Assembly (NCBI GenBank): GCA_002068435.1
Contig: MVZQ01000007.1
Coordinates: 11,958-35,957, forward strand
DNA length: 24,000 nt
From: Euryarchaeota archaeon ADurb.BinA087
GTDB lineage: Archaea; Halobacteriota; Methanomicrobia; Methanomicrobiales; Methanospirillaceae
Direction of reading: 5' to 3'
Shown here: positions 1-7,873 of the stretch, piece after piece
How the letters are laid out: the number at the start of each line of letters is the position of its first letter
Numbering within the stretch: the stretch's first letter is position 1
The notes under the pieces: model-generated
Told to the model about the DNA's origin: nothing
Database searches by the model: none
Seen by the model: only the letters and a program-made list of their open reading frames with translations
Translations under genes and position numbers: made by a program

Positions 1-2
1 AA

Positions 3-1886
3 TTCAATAGCCCAATTGGTGTGGCGGTCAGTCCTGCAGGACATATTTACGTAACAGATTGCAATAACCACCGCATCCAGAAGTTTCTCCTTTCCCCTGT
101 CACCCTGGTATTACCCGACGGTGGGGAGACCTGGAAGCAGGGGTCCAAACAGGTCATTCAGTGGAACTACACTGGCGACCCAGGCTCAACGGTGAAGATC
201 GAATTGCTCAAAGGAGTGGCAGTCGACCACGTCATCGCCAACGCTACTACGCTTGGTCCGGGGGGATCAGGGTCTTTCAACTGGACGGTCCCCGATACCC
301 AGGAACTTGGATCTGATTACAAGATCCGGATCACCAGTACCAGTAATCCCGTGTACACCGATACCAGCGATGCCCCCTTCTCAATTGGTGCCGGTGTAAT
401 TATCACGATGGTATCACCTGACGGTGGGGAGACCTGGAAGCAGGGATCCAACCAGGTCATTCAGTGGAACTACACTGGCGACCCAGGCTCAACGGTGAAG
501 ATCGAATTGCTCAATGGTGAGGCAGTCGACCATGTCATCGCCAACGCTACTTCGCTTGGTCCGGGAGGGTCAGGGTCTTTCAACTGGACAGTCCCCTATA
601 ACCAGACGCTTGGATCTGATTACAAGATCCGGATCACCAGTACCAATAATCCCGTGTACACCGATACCAGCGATGCTCTGTTCTCAATCGTTGCCGGTGC
701 ACCGATCACGGTTGATTCACCAAACAGCGGAGAAAGATGGAAACAGGGATCTACCCAGACTCTCCGGTGGGACTACACCGGCGATCCCGGACCCGGGGTA
801 AAGATAGAGGTATTGAAGGGGTCAGCAGTCCGGGTTATCGCCCAGAATACAACCATAGGGCTGGATGGATCTGGCTCATTCAACTTTACGTTCCCCTACA
901 GCGCCCCGTTAGCATCCGATTACCTGATCCGGGTTACCAGCACCAGCAACGCGACGTATACCGACACGAGCGATGCCCCCTTCTCGATCATCCCTCCCCT
1001 CACCGTTCTCTCTCCCAATGGCGGAGAGGAATGGGAGCAGGGGACCACCCAGACCATACAATGGGACTATGGTGGTGATCCCGGACCCTCCGTGAAGATC
1101 GAAGCACTCCGGGGAGATACTGCCATCGCGGTCATCACTCCGAAAACCCCGGTTGGTTCCGGAGGAACGGGCTCGATGACCCTGACGTTGCCGAAGAACG
1201 CCCCGGCCGGCACTACTTATCGTCTCCGAATCTCGAGCACCAGCAATCCCATTTATACCGATACCAGTGATGCATCGTTCTCGGTCATTCCCAACACCAG
1301 TGCATCAATCTCTCTCATATCACCAAACGGGGGCGAGAACTACCTGCAGGGTTCCCCCCTGGCCATCAACTGGACCTATACCGGCGATCCGGGACCCACG
1401 GTGAAGATCGAGGCCCTCCGGGGCGAGGCAATTCTCGCGGTCATCACCCCCGCTACGTCCATCGGGTCCGACGGTCAGGGTTCATTCATCCTGAACCGCT
1501 TACCCTACAACACTCCCCTCGGCTCCGACTACCGGATCAGGGTGACCAGCACCAGCAACACGGCCTGGACCGACACGGGCGATGATTACTTCACCATCAG
1601 TCCGGCAATCACGGTCATATCTCCTAACGGAGGCAGCTATCCCCTTGGCAGCACCCTCCCGATGGGCTGGACCTATATCGGAAGTCCGGGAGCAACGGTG
1701 ATGATCGATGTGATCAAGGGCAACAGCACCCTGAAAACCATCACCGGGACACCCATCGGCTCCAGGTGGTACAATGTGACGATCCCTGCCTCAACTCCCA
1801 CCGGGTCCGATTACCGGGTCCGGGTCACCAGCACCACGTATCCGGCATGCAGCGATACCAGCGATATCGCCTTTGCGATCGTCTGA
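3..1886 (+). CDS. Surface repeat protein, 5'-truncated by the window edge: an NHL-repeat fragment followed by six tandem ~100-aa beta-rich domains (resembles the Kre9/KNH-like 'GPI-anchored' PF10342-type domain)
   Basis: The frame is open from nt 3 and reads FNSPIGVAVSPAGHIYVTDCNNHRIQKF, which matches the NHL-repeat consensus, so the GTG at 21 in the ORF track is internal. Six units follow with the pattern SP(D/N)GGE.W.QGS..I.W.YTGDPG..VKIE.L.G..(variable)..GSGSF.(W/F).VP....LGSDY.IR.TSTSN..YTDTSDA.FSI. There are many N-x-S/T sequons. The TGA stop at 1884-1886 is followed by a T7 run. The domain-family assignment is from memory of the motif, not a search. Confidence 0.85.
   Translation, partial: FNSPIGVAVSPAGHIYVTDCNNHRIQKFLLSPVTLVLPDGGETWKQGSKQVIQWNYTGDPGSTVKIELLKGVAVDHVIANATTLGPGGSGSFNWTVPDTQELGSDYKIRITSTSNPVYTDTSDAPFSIGAGVIITMVSPDGGETWKQGSNQVIQWNYTGDPGSTVKIELLNGEAVDHVIANATSLGPGGSGSFNWTVPYNQTLGSDYKIRITSTNNPVYTDTSDALFSIVAGAPITVDSPNSGERWKQGSTQTLRWDYTGDPGPGVKIEVLKGSAVRVIAQNTTIGLDGSGSFNFTFPYSAPLASDYLIRVTSTSNATYTDTSDAPFSIIPPLTVLSPNGGEEWEQGTTQTIQWDYGGDPGPSVKIEALRGDTAIAVITPKTPVGSGGTGSMTLTLPKNAPAGTTYRLRISSTSNPIYTDTSDASFSVIPNTSASISLISPNGGENYLQGSPLAINWTYTGDPGPTVKIEALRGEAILAVITPATSIGSDGQGSFILNRLPYNTPLGSDYRIRVTSTSNTAWTDTGDDYFTISPAITVISPNGGSYPLGSTLPMGWTYIGSPGATVMIDVIKGNSTLKTITGTPIGSRWYNVTIPASTPTGSDYRVRVTSTTYPACSDTSDIAFAIV
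97..700 (+). repeat. Two near-identical intragenic DNA units (303-nt period) encoding domains 1 and 2 of the surface protein
   Basis: gacggtggggagacctggaagcag occurs at 118 and at 421. The units stay alignable with only scattered substitutions over ~280 nt. The four downstream units are much more diverged. Confidence 0.9.
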
Positions 1887-1902
1887 TTCGATACCTACCC
1901 CT

Positions 1903-1909
1903 TTTTTTG
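1903..1909 (+). terminator. Oligo-T archaeal terminator candidate
   Basis: A T7 run lies 17 nt after the stop codon of the surface-protein gene. Confidence 0.45.
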
Positions 1910-2069
1910 TTGTCGGCATCTCTGTCGGTACGGACTACTACAATCGGCACCCATCTGGTTGCATCACCTCATCTCACCTCAATTTTCACCGAATAATCGC
2001 CTCGGGATACAGAATAAGGGACAGCAGGAAATCCTTCCCTTTTTGCCATCGGGATCAATCCCTATCTCC

Positions 2070-3221
2070 TTAGGTCTGGAAGGCGCCAGTTCCCATGCCG
2101 GGGCCGAATCCCTCGATCCCCACAGGAGTATTCTTCCTGAGTAATTCCATCAGGCAGTACTGATACGGCAATCCTTCCGGCCTCTCAAAAAACCGCTCCG
2201 CCAGACGGCGATATATCTCATCGATAAGACCTTCATTATCCCGGGAGAGGCCGACCCTGATCGAAGACTCACTCCATGCCCGGACGACCCGTGCAAGGGA
2301 GTAGGCAAGGTAGTGGCGTTTCCGGGCATCGTTCCCTGCATTCTGCATCCGTGAGCTATACGCACAGGGGACGGTCAGGGTTTTCAGGGACTTCAGGGAG
2401 AAGTGCTGACTGATACTCTCTTCTGCCACCAGGGATGCTATCTCATCCGGTGTCGCAAAGTAATCGGGGATGAAAATGGCATCGAGTTCCTGTTTTGAGA
2501 TACGGCCCTCCTGGTAGAGCGAGACACACACTTCACGGAGGTTATTGTATCCTGCCGACGCCGGCCACCGGTCGCCGCCAAGGTCAGTCAGGGTGGCCAG
2601 ATACAACATCCCTCCATGAGCGAGATCCCGGCTGCGTTCGCGGAAAAAGACCCGCCAGTCACTGATCCATTTGCTGTAAAACTTTTTCCGTTCAGCTGCA
2701 GGGAGCTGGTTTGCCTGGATGCAGGTGGGATGATAGAAGAATGTGGTATCAACCGTTTTTGTATTGAGCCAGTGCAGGGAGGTGGAGGAGATACCGATAT
2801 CCACATTCCCGGCCAGTTCCGGGAGGGGTTCATAAAACGAGCGCTGGAGGTACTCAGCCTCGACCCGGGGGAGTCCTGAGAGTCCTGAATTCTTCCAGAA
2901 GTGGTGGAACGGGGCAGGATCAGCAATATCGATATACACCAGCCGTATGCCCAGAAGGGGATGTGCCTGACGGAGGAACCGGATGATCTGCTCAAGGAGC
3001 TGGCTTGAATTGACCCCGTCGGCGGCCCCATAATCTGCAATCACAAAGGGGGATCCCAGCTGCCTTCCTGCGGAAGAAAGGGGGAGCGATGCGAGGTAGG
3101 AGAGAAGTGCCGGCTTAATAAACGGATCGATTGCCTTGGCGGTGTCAGAGATCCTGCTGTAATCGCTCGTCATGCTTGGCAGGTATTGCAGATGAGTTGC
3201 CGGATGGTCATCTCCAGGCAT
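2070..3221 (-). CDS. SAM-dependent methyltransferase, SABATH-like (Methyltransf_7 / carboxyl methyltransferase type)
   Basis: Motifs ADYGAADGVNS (SAM-binding glycine-rich loop position), GISSTSLHWL (the SSxSLHWLS signature of SABATH enzymes) and FFRERSRDLAHGGMLYL. The first 33 codons of the tracked ORF (3320) are Arg/Gly-rich and look non-coding. I place the start at ATG 3221; ATG 3173 is an alternative. Confidence 0.7.
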   Translation of the reverse strand: MPGDDHPATHLQYLPSMTSDYSRISDTAKAIDPFIKPALLSYLASLPLSSAGRQLGSPFVIADYGAADGVNSSQLLEQIIRFLRQAHPLLGIRLVYIDIADPAPFHHFWKNSGLSGLPRVEAEYLQRSFYEPLPELAGNVDIGISSTSLHWLNTKTVDTTFFYHPTCIQANQLPAAERKKFYSKWISDWRVFFRERSRDLAHGGMLYLATLTDLGGDRWPASAGYNNLREVCVSLYQEGRISKQELDAIFIPDYFATPDEIASLVAEESISQHFSLKSLKTLTVPCAYSSRMQNAGNDARKRHYLAYSLARVVRAWSESSIRVGLSRDNEGLIDEIYRRLAERFFERPEGLPYQYCLMELLRKNTPVGIEGFGPGMGTGAFQT

Positions 3222-3442
3222 GTGCCCTCCTGTCCCGATGAAGAGGGTGATCCTTCCCCGCTTGGCACCCCTGGATGGAACCCCTGGACGGAATGAGGCC
3301 GACTCCCTCCTGGCGTGCATTCCGGCGGGTGTTCATGCAGGATTTTTTTTCTGTCATACTACATAATTCCAGGGATCCCCTCTGACAATGACCGGGTTTA
3401 AATACAGTACTACGAGAACGACAGCCATTCATTGAGCACCGG

Positions 3443-3616
3443 ATGTTCTCCGGTTCCTTAACGACACACGATTCCGGAACCATCTTCTCTCCGGATATCG
3501 TGACCATCGTTGCTGATGACTATGAAGCTATCCCGGCTGAACGCGTTGCTGATTTCGCCCGGGAAGGTGACCCCTGCGCCGACCGCTCTGACCCATTCCC
3601 TTCCTGTTTGACCTGA
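3443..3616 (+). CDS. Possible small acidic protein (57 aa), below the ORF-track cutoff
   Basis: ATG 3443 to TGA 3614-3616 reads MFSGSLTTHDSGTIFSPDIVTIVADDYEAIPAERVADFAREGDPCADRSDPFPSCLT. The composition is protein-like, whereas the overlapping antisense ORFs are not. A consensus-like TATA (tttaaata, 3397-3404) lies ~40 nt upstream. I recognise no homology. Confidence 0.2.
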   Translation: MFSGSLTTHDSGTIFSPDIVTIVADDYEAIPAERVADFAREGDPCADRSDPFPSCLT

Positions 3617-3736
3617 TTTCCCTGAACCATGAAAGCTCCGAAAATCCGTGTCGTAACATTTATCGTTCACCGTTCTGTTTCTCTTCTCATCGGGAAAGCA
3701 GGGTTCGTCCCCTGCATCCCCTGGAGCGTATACCCC

Positions 3737-4135
3737 ATGACCCAGATCCCTTCGCAGAAGCTCGCCAAAGTAAAGTATCATCGGATCTATGCTGATGAAA
3801 AGGGCGGCTCGCACTTTGCTACCAATATCATCGAGCAGAGCAGTGTCCAGGCAGCGCCCCCCGCTGCTCCGTTTTACGTTTCAGGTGATCATCCTGCAAC
3901 GAAGTACCGGTTCTATACCTTCGAACCCGACTGGATCGGCGAATGGCACCCCGCCCCCACCCGGCAGTTCCTCGCCCTGATGTCGGGAACCGTGGAGATG
4001 GAGACGACCGACGGGGAGGTGAGGCACTTCGCCCCGGGAGACCTTGTTCTCCTTGAAGATACCACGGGCAGAGGCCACATGACGCGGAACATCGGCAGAG
4101 TGTACGCCATATACTTCGTAGTCCCGGCACCCTGA
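3737..4135 (+). CDS. Cupin-domain protein
   Basis: GEWHPAPTRQFLALMSGTVEMETTDGEVRHFAPGDLVLLEDTTGRGHMTRNIG matches the small cupin family pattern (WH.AP.RQ...L.G..E....DGE.R.F.PGD..L.ED..GKGH.TR). The start is placed at ATG 3737 (MTQIPSQ...) because the upstream 36 codons of the tracked ORF look non-coding. Confidence 0.75.
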   Translation: MTQIPSQKLAKVKYHRIYADEKGGSHFATNIIEQSSVQAAPPAAPFYVSGDHPATKYRFYTFEPDWIGEWHPAPTRQFLALMSGTVEMETTDGEVRHFAPGDLVLLEDTTGRGHMTRNIGRVYAIYFVVPAP

Positions 4136-4371
4136 AATGTACCGATACTGGTGGAGCCGGCCATTTCCGGTCCTCCCGCCGGTCTGATGTCATCATGAGA
4201 GAGAACAAGAAGTACCCCGGGACAGGCAACAGATTCGGATCCTGGCAAAACCAGCATGGAGAAAAGAGAGGGGAGCATCACAGAGGTCCAGGGGACGGTA
4301 CAGATGATGAATACGAAAACTGTTCCCATATGCCCACTTCTCTTCCCTTTTTTGTGAAAAAGGACGGTTAC

Positions 4372-4380
4372 TTATATATA
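4372..4380 (+). promoter_or_regulatory. TATA-box candidate for the histone gene
   Basis: ttatatata lies ~35-40 nt upstream of the GTG start. A GAGGTAAT Shine-Dalgarno-like element at 4403-4410 lies between them. Confidence 0.45.
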
Positions 4381-4414
4381 CCACCAAATCCTCCTTTTTC
4401 GTGAGGTAATCAAG

Positions 4415-4618
4415 GTGGCAGATTTACCTATCGCAGCAGTTATCAGAATTGCGAAGAAGAATGGAGCAGAGCGTGTCGGTCACGACGGTGCTATTGCTCT
4501 GGTAAAGGGCGCAGAAGAATACATTGCAAACCTGACCCGTGAGGCAAACAGGCTTGCAATGCATGCGGGACGAAAGACCATCAAGGAAGAGGATGTCCTG
4601 CTCGCAATAAAGATGTAG
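4415..4618 (+). CDS. Archaeal histone (HMf/HMt family, single histone fold)
   Basis: (M)ADLPIAAVIRIAKKNGAERVGHDGAIALVKGAEEYIANLTREANRLAMHAGRKTIKEEDVLLAIKM is 67 aa with the canonical archaeal histone pattern (LPIA...RI.K..GAERVS......L....E.....I...A...A.HAGRKT....D..LA). It has a GTG start with a Shine-Dalgarno-like element. Confidence 0.95.
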   Translation: MADLPIAAVIRIAKKNGAERVGHDGAIALVKGAEEYIANLTREANRLAMHAGRKTIKEEDVLLAIKM

Positions 4619-4630
4619 TAATTCCAGGTT

Positions 4631-4645
4631 CTTTTTACTCTTTTT
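4631..4645 (+). terminator. Oligo-T terminator candidates after the histone gene
   Basis: ctttttactcttttt contains two T5 runs starting 13 nt after the stop. Confidence 0.4.
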
Positions 4646-4707
4646 ATATGAAAATGCCTCCGGCATTTTCATCTCGTATGCATGTGTCCCTCGAAGGAAT
4701 CATGTAA
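4641..4707 (+). repeat. Intergenic repeat element, copy 1 (~67 bp: T-rich/TATA-like head, perfect 11-bp hairpin, CATG-rich tail)
   Basis: Sequence is tttttatatgaaaatgcctccggcattttcatctcgtatgcatgtgtccctcgaaggaatcatgtaa. The hairpin ATGAAAATGCC-tcc-GGCATTTTCAT spans 4648-4672. Confidence 0.9.
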
Positions 4708-4709
4708 TT

Positions 4710-4776
4710 TTTTTATATGAAAATGCCTCCGGCATTTTCATCTCGTATGCATGTGTCCCTTGAAGGAATCATGTAG
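4710..4776 (+). repeat. Intergenic repeat element, copy 2 (tandem, 69-nt period)
   Basis: Identical to copy 1 except ctc->ctt and the terminal taa->tag. A T8 run follows. Confidence 0.9.
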
Positions 4777-4856
4777 TTTTTTTTCCGATCCACATACCCC
4801 GACAGCTCCTTAGATTATGATCAACCGAAGGGCGGTTACTGACAGTTCCCCCTGAA

Positions 4857-4917
4857 CATGCCTCTGCCGTTTTCATCCTGGATGCTTCTTTCCCTTTGGA
4901 CAACCATCTGATTGTAG
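4857..4917 (+). repeat. Decayed third copy of the intergenic repeat
   Basis: catgcctctgccgttttcatcctggatgcttctttccctttggacaaccatctgattgtag aligns by eye with the core atgcctccggcattttcatctcgtatgcatgtgtccctcgaaggaatcatgta, but the hairpin is disrupted. Confidence 0.5.
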
Positions 4918-5554
4918 GATATCATCGCTGCAAGGTGAGCACAGTACGTTCGAACGGTCGTGCATCTTCCCGAAAATCTCAACGCCAACCTCTCACGATG
5001 TATCATTCCCGTTCAGGACCATCTCCCGGCTGATGCGCCTATGGGATTCCGATCCGTCCGGGAGCAAAAGTTCCGCCCTTAAACGATTCTTCGTTTGAGA
5101 ATCGGCCTGGGCTCGATTCTGTCGAAACGGAAATCAGGTAGATCGGATACGAATCTTTAAAAAATTCGACGAAGAGCCGGCAACCAAGGCAACGAATCAG
5201 GCATACCCTGAATTATCGCGAATCTTCGTGACCGGCCCAGACAGGAGGGGGAGAGGAACCCCCCGGTAACTAACGTATGAATCATGAAGGGAGAGGAATG
5301 GAAAACAGTATCCTGTTATAAGTGGTGGGGTTTGGGGGTTTTTAAGATTCGTTCCTACATTTTACCTTATGGTGATCCCACCACTAGCGGCACTCCTGAT
5401 CAAGGTGGCATATGGAGGATAGAATACCGCCAATGTTTTATCGATTTCAGATTATAATATGTTTCCGGAGATCCTACCACCCCCGTCTCTCCTCCTCTCC
5501 CACGGGTATTCTCTGTCCTGTTCCAGCTGATCTGACCTTTCCGCATTCCGACCG

Positions 5555-5869
5555 CTATCGCTTCACATGATTCACTTCGGTCATGGTCCCTTCCTCGATC
5601 CGGTCGCAGAGGGCTGAAAGTTCGGCAAAGGCCGCCCTGAACTTCGAAGACTGCCGCCATTCAGCAATGCTCTCCTGGGATTCCCAGGGTCCGAAGGCGA
5701 CGAAGAGCCGGGGATCATCGTTGTCGCGCACGATGTACATCCACCGGGCACCTTTGGCATGGTTCAACGTCCACTGGGCAAATTGTTGCCATTTCTCCAG
5801 AAACTGTTCTTCTCTCCCTGCGTTTACGGTAAAATACCCGAACGCAAAAATGACTCCCTCCCTGATCAC
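5555..5869 (-). CDS. Antibiotic-biosynthesis-monooxygenase (ABM/Dabb) domain protein
   Basis: VIFAFGYFTVNAGREEQFLEKWQQFAQWTLNHAKGARWMYIVRDNDDPRLFVAFGPWESQESIAEWRQSSKFRAAF is the typical ~100-aa ABM fold pattern. The tracked ORF N-terminus (to 6028) is Arg/Pro-rich and overlaps the next gene. I place the start at GTG 5869, preceded by AAGGAGGGAAGGGAA (Shine-Dalgarno-like). Confidence 0.7.
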   Translation of the reverse strand: MIREGVIFAFGYFTVNAGREEQFLEKWQQFAQWTLNHAKGARWMYIVRDNDDPRLFVAFGPWESQESIAEWRQSSKFRAAFAELSALCDRIEEGTMTEVNHVKR

Positions 5870-5924
5870 TTCCCTTCCCTCCTTTCTTCCGGTCCAGGCA
5901 GAACGACCATCCCGCAACGCCCTC

Positions 5925-6113
5925 CTACACTCCGGACTGCATCCGGGACAGGGTCCCCAAAATTTCCTTGATCGTCTCTTCCTCCTTCTTGAGATGGTCG
6001 CGGAAGTCCTGCTTGTCGGTATCGGCAACCTCCATCCGGAGATCTGAAAGATACTCTTCGAGCACGTCCTTCAGGATCGAGACCTCTTCCTTTGTCAGTG
6101 TGAGCGTATACAT
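5925..6113 (-). CDS. Small helical acidic protein (62 aa), unknown function
   Basis: MYTLTLTKEEVSILKDVLEEYLSDLRMEVADTDKQDFRDHLKKEEETIKEILGTLSRMQSGV has strong amphipathic-helix periodicity. A GGGGGAAAC Shine-Dalgarno-like element lies upstream. It is co-oriented with, and 55 nt upstream of, the ABM gene. Confidence 0.55.
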   Translation of the reverse strand: MYTLTLTKEEVSILKDVLEEYLSDLRMEVADTDKQDFRDHLKKEEETIKEILGTLSRMQSGV

Positions 6114-6164
6114 CTGTTTCCCCCTTCTTCCTGCATCCCCAACCGTTCTGGGATGAATATCTCA

Positions 6165-6605
6165 TCAGTGCACCCCTATTTTAAGGTAACGCCTGTCTGG
6201 TGATACTCCAACGTTCTGAACCAGGACACCATCGAACTCACCGAAAGACGGGATGGGAACCCTGGGTGAAACGAACCTACAATTCCAGAGAAGGATCCTT
6301 TTCCGACAGAGAGGAGGAGCGATCCGGCCGTTTTCCCTCACTCTTCTGATCTGTTGAGTCACAGCCATTTTCAGAGGAGCCAGAACCATTCCCTTTCGTA
6401 TCAGAAAACCTTCTATTTTCCCTACCCGCCGGGTGTCGGCAGGTTTATCAGGTGCATCGGCAAGGTGAAAGATCGTGTGCACAAGTCCACGATGTCCCAA
6501 CCACTGCAGGACCACCACCTCCGGGAACCGGAAGGGATCCCAGCAGATGTACCGGACGTACATCAGGATCCTCGATGAGAACCGGAAACGGCGCTCGGTT
6601 CCCAT
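6165..6605 (-). CDS. Hypothetical protein (146 aa), family not recognised
   Basis: This is the longest ORF in the interval and is co-oriented with the two downstream small genes. The composition is plausible but I recognise no motif. The overlapping ORFs (6448-6786 minus, 6452-6739 plus) are Pro/Gly/Arg-rich and less protein-like. Confidence 0.35.
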   Translation of the reverse strand: MGTERRFRFSSRILMYVRYICWDPFRFPEVVVLQWLGHRGLVHTIFHLADAPDKPADTRRVGKIEGFLIRKGMVLAPLKMAVTQQIRRVRENGRIAPPLCRKRILLWNCRFVSPRVPIPSFGEFDGVLVQNVGVSPDRRYLKIGVH

Positions 6606-6838
6606 CGGATGGTGGTGCCCGGCCTGCCACCTGTTCCTGGATGAAACCCGGTGAATGGCAAGAAGGGTCAGCCCTGCGGTACCACGGTTGTGTGCAGGGG
6701 GGAGATCCCTTGCTCCTCACCAGGGAGAGACCCAGGTAGCTCCCATGCATCTCACGGGATTTTCCAATGGCCGGTGGTGCCTTCAAGGATGTTGATCAAC
6801 CACCATCAGTTTAATATCACCCTGCCAGAATGTGGTGT

Positions 6839-7693
6839 ATGAACTCCCTGAAATATCTCTCTCTCCTCCTCATTGTCATCGTCCTCGCAGCGGGCTGTAC
6901 CTCAGCTCCCGATACCACGACCACCGGGCTGGAACCGACGTGTGGAACCCCCCTTGCGGCAACCAGCACGTCCGCAGCACTCACCCGGCTCATCACCGGG
7001 GTGAATGCCACCCTGCAGGAGATGGATGCTATTCTTGCGACGGCAGCCTCCGCGATGAGTACAACAGGGATCAGCGGGCCGGGGGCAAACGCAACTCTTG
7101 CGCTGGTCGCTGCTACCACTCCGTATGCGATTGATGCTGTCTCTATCTCCGCTGAAGGGCAGATAGCGGCCATCATGCCGGAGCAGTACTGGGCTGCGGT
7201 CGGGACCTATGTTGGCAACGAGAGCCACAACCAGCAGGCACTGCAGGAACGCCGTCCCCTGATGACCCTTGTCTTCCCGGCAGCAGAAGGATTTGATGCC
7301 GTCTCCATCCGGAGACCAGTGACGGACAGCAACGGAACGTTCCTCGGCCTTGCTACCGTCCTTTTCAACCCGCAGGAACTGATCGCAGACCATGCCGATA
7401 AAGCCCTTGAAGGTACCAATTACACCGCGTGGGCAATCGATATGAGCAGCCACCTGATCTACGATCGGGATCCTGCTGGTCTTGTCGGGCGGGATATGCT
7501 CACCGACCCGGCCTTTGCCGACTACCCCGACCTCGTGGCGTTCATGCAGAAGATCGTTGCCCAGCCTGACGGGAATGGCACCTATACCTTCACCCCCACG
7601 AAAGGCGGTCCTGCTGTTGTGAAGGATGCGGTATGGGGGACGGTGGGGCTCCACGGGACGGAATGGCGGATCGTGGTGGCGTCTGAGCGGTAA
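6839..7693 (+). CDS. Extracellular Cache-like (PDC fold) sensor-domain lipoprotein with no output domain
   Basis: N-terminal MNSLKYLSLLLIVIVLAAGC is a signal peptide plus lipobox-like LAAGC. The body (..LMTLVFPAAEGFDAVSIRRPVTDSNGTFLGLATVLFNPQELI...YTAWAIDMSSHLIYDRDP..VGRDMLTDP...) resembles Cache/dCache ligand-binding domains. The protein ends without a TM or signalling domain. ATG 6830 is an alternative start. The TATA-like tttaatat at 6810-6817 favours 6839 with a nearly leaderless transcript. Confidence 0.7.
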   Translation: MNSLKYLSLLLIVIVLAAGCTSAPDTTTTGLEPTCGTPLAATSTSAALTRLITGVNATLQEMDAILATAASAMSTTGISGPGANATLALVAATTPYAIDAVSISAEGQIAAIMPEQYWAAVGTYVGNESHNQQALQERRPLMTLVFPAAEGFDAVSIRRPVTDSNGTFLGLATVLFNPQELIADHADKALEGTNYTAWAIDMSSHLIYDRDPAGLVGRDMLTDPAFADYPDLVAFMQKIVAQPDGNGTYTFTPTKGGPAVVKDAVWGTVGLHGTEWRIVVASER

Positions 7694-7873
7694 TTGGGAG
7701 CGGCTCCCGAGCCCAATCTTTTTATTCAAGAACCCGTGAAGGGGTATTAGATACAAAAGCTGGATTGGAGTGGGTCGAGAGGGTTATACAAAACAAAATC
7801 TGATATTTTTTTTCTTACCTTGATTCATCCACCTCCGTCTCTCTGATTGTATCCGTAAAGCGAGGTGTTCAAG

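Noticed and set aside
3208-3814. Minus-strand ORFs 3208-3507 and 3458-3814 in the methyltransferase/cupin divergent spacer
   Set aside because: Their composition is Arg/Cys/Gly-rich and they overlap each other and the flanking genes. The plus-strand 57-aa ORF is the more protein-like reading, and even that is low confidence.
4641-4776. Possible CRISPR array (69-nt tandem repeat)
   Set aside because: The copies abut directly with no unique spacers, there are only two tandem units, the repeat is far longer than CRISPR repeats, and no cas genes are present.
5244-5265. RNase P RNA CR-I-like string (gggggagaggaaccccccgg)
   Set aside because: It only loosely resembles GAGGAAAGUCC, and none of the other universally conserved RNase P regions were found nearby.
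6902-7756. 284-aa minus-strand ORF antisense to the Cache lipoprotein gene (also 6817-7176 minus)
   Set aside because: It has an Arg/Gly/Pro-rich shadow-frame composition, whereas the plus frame has a signal peptide, a lipobox and a Cache-like domain.
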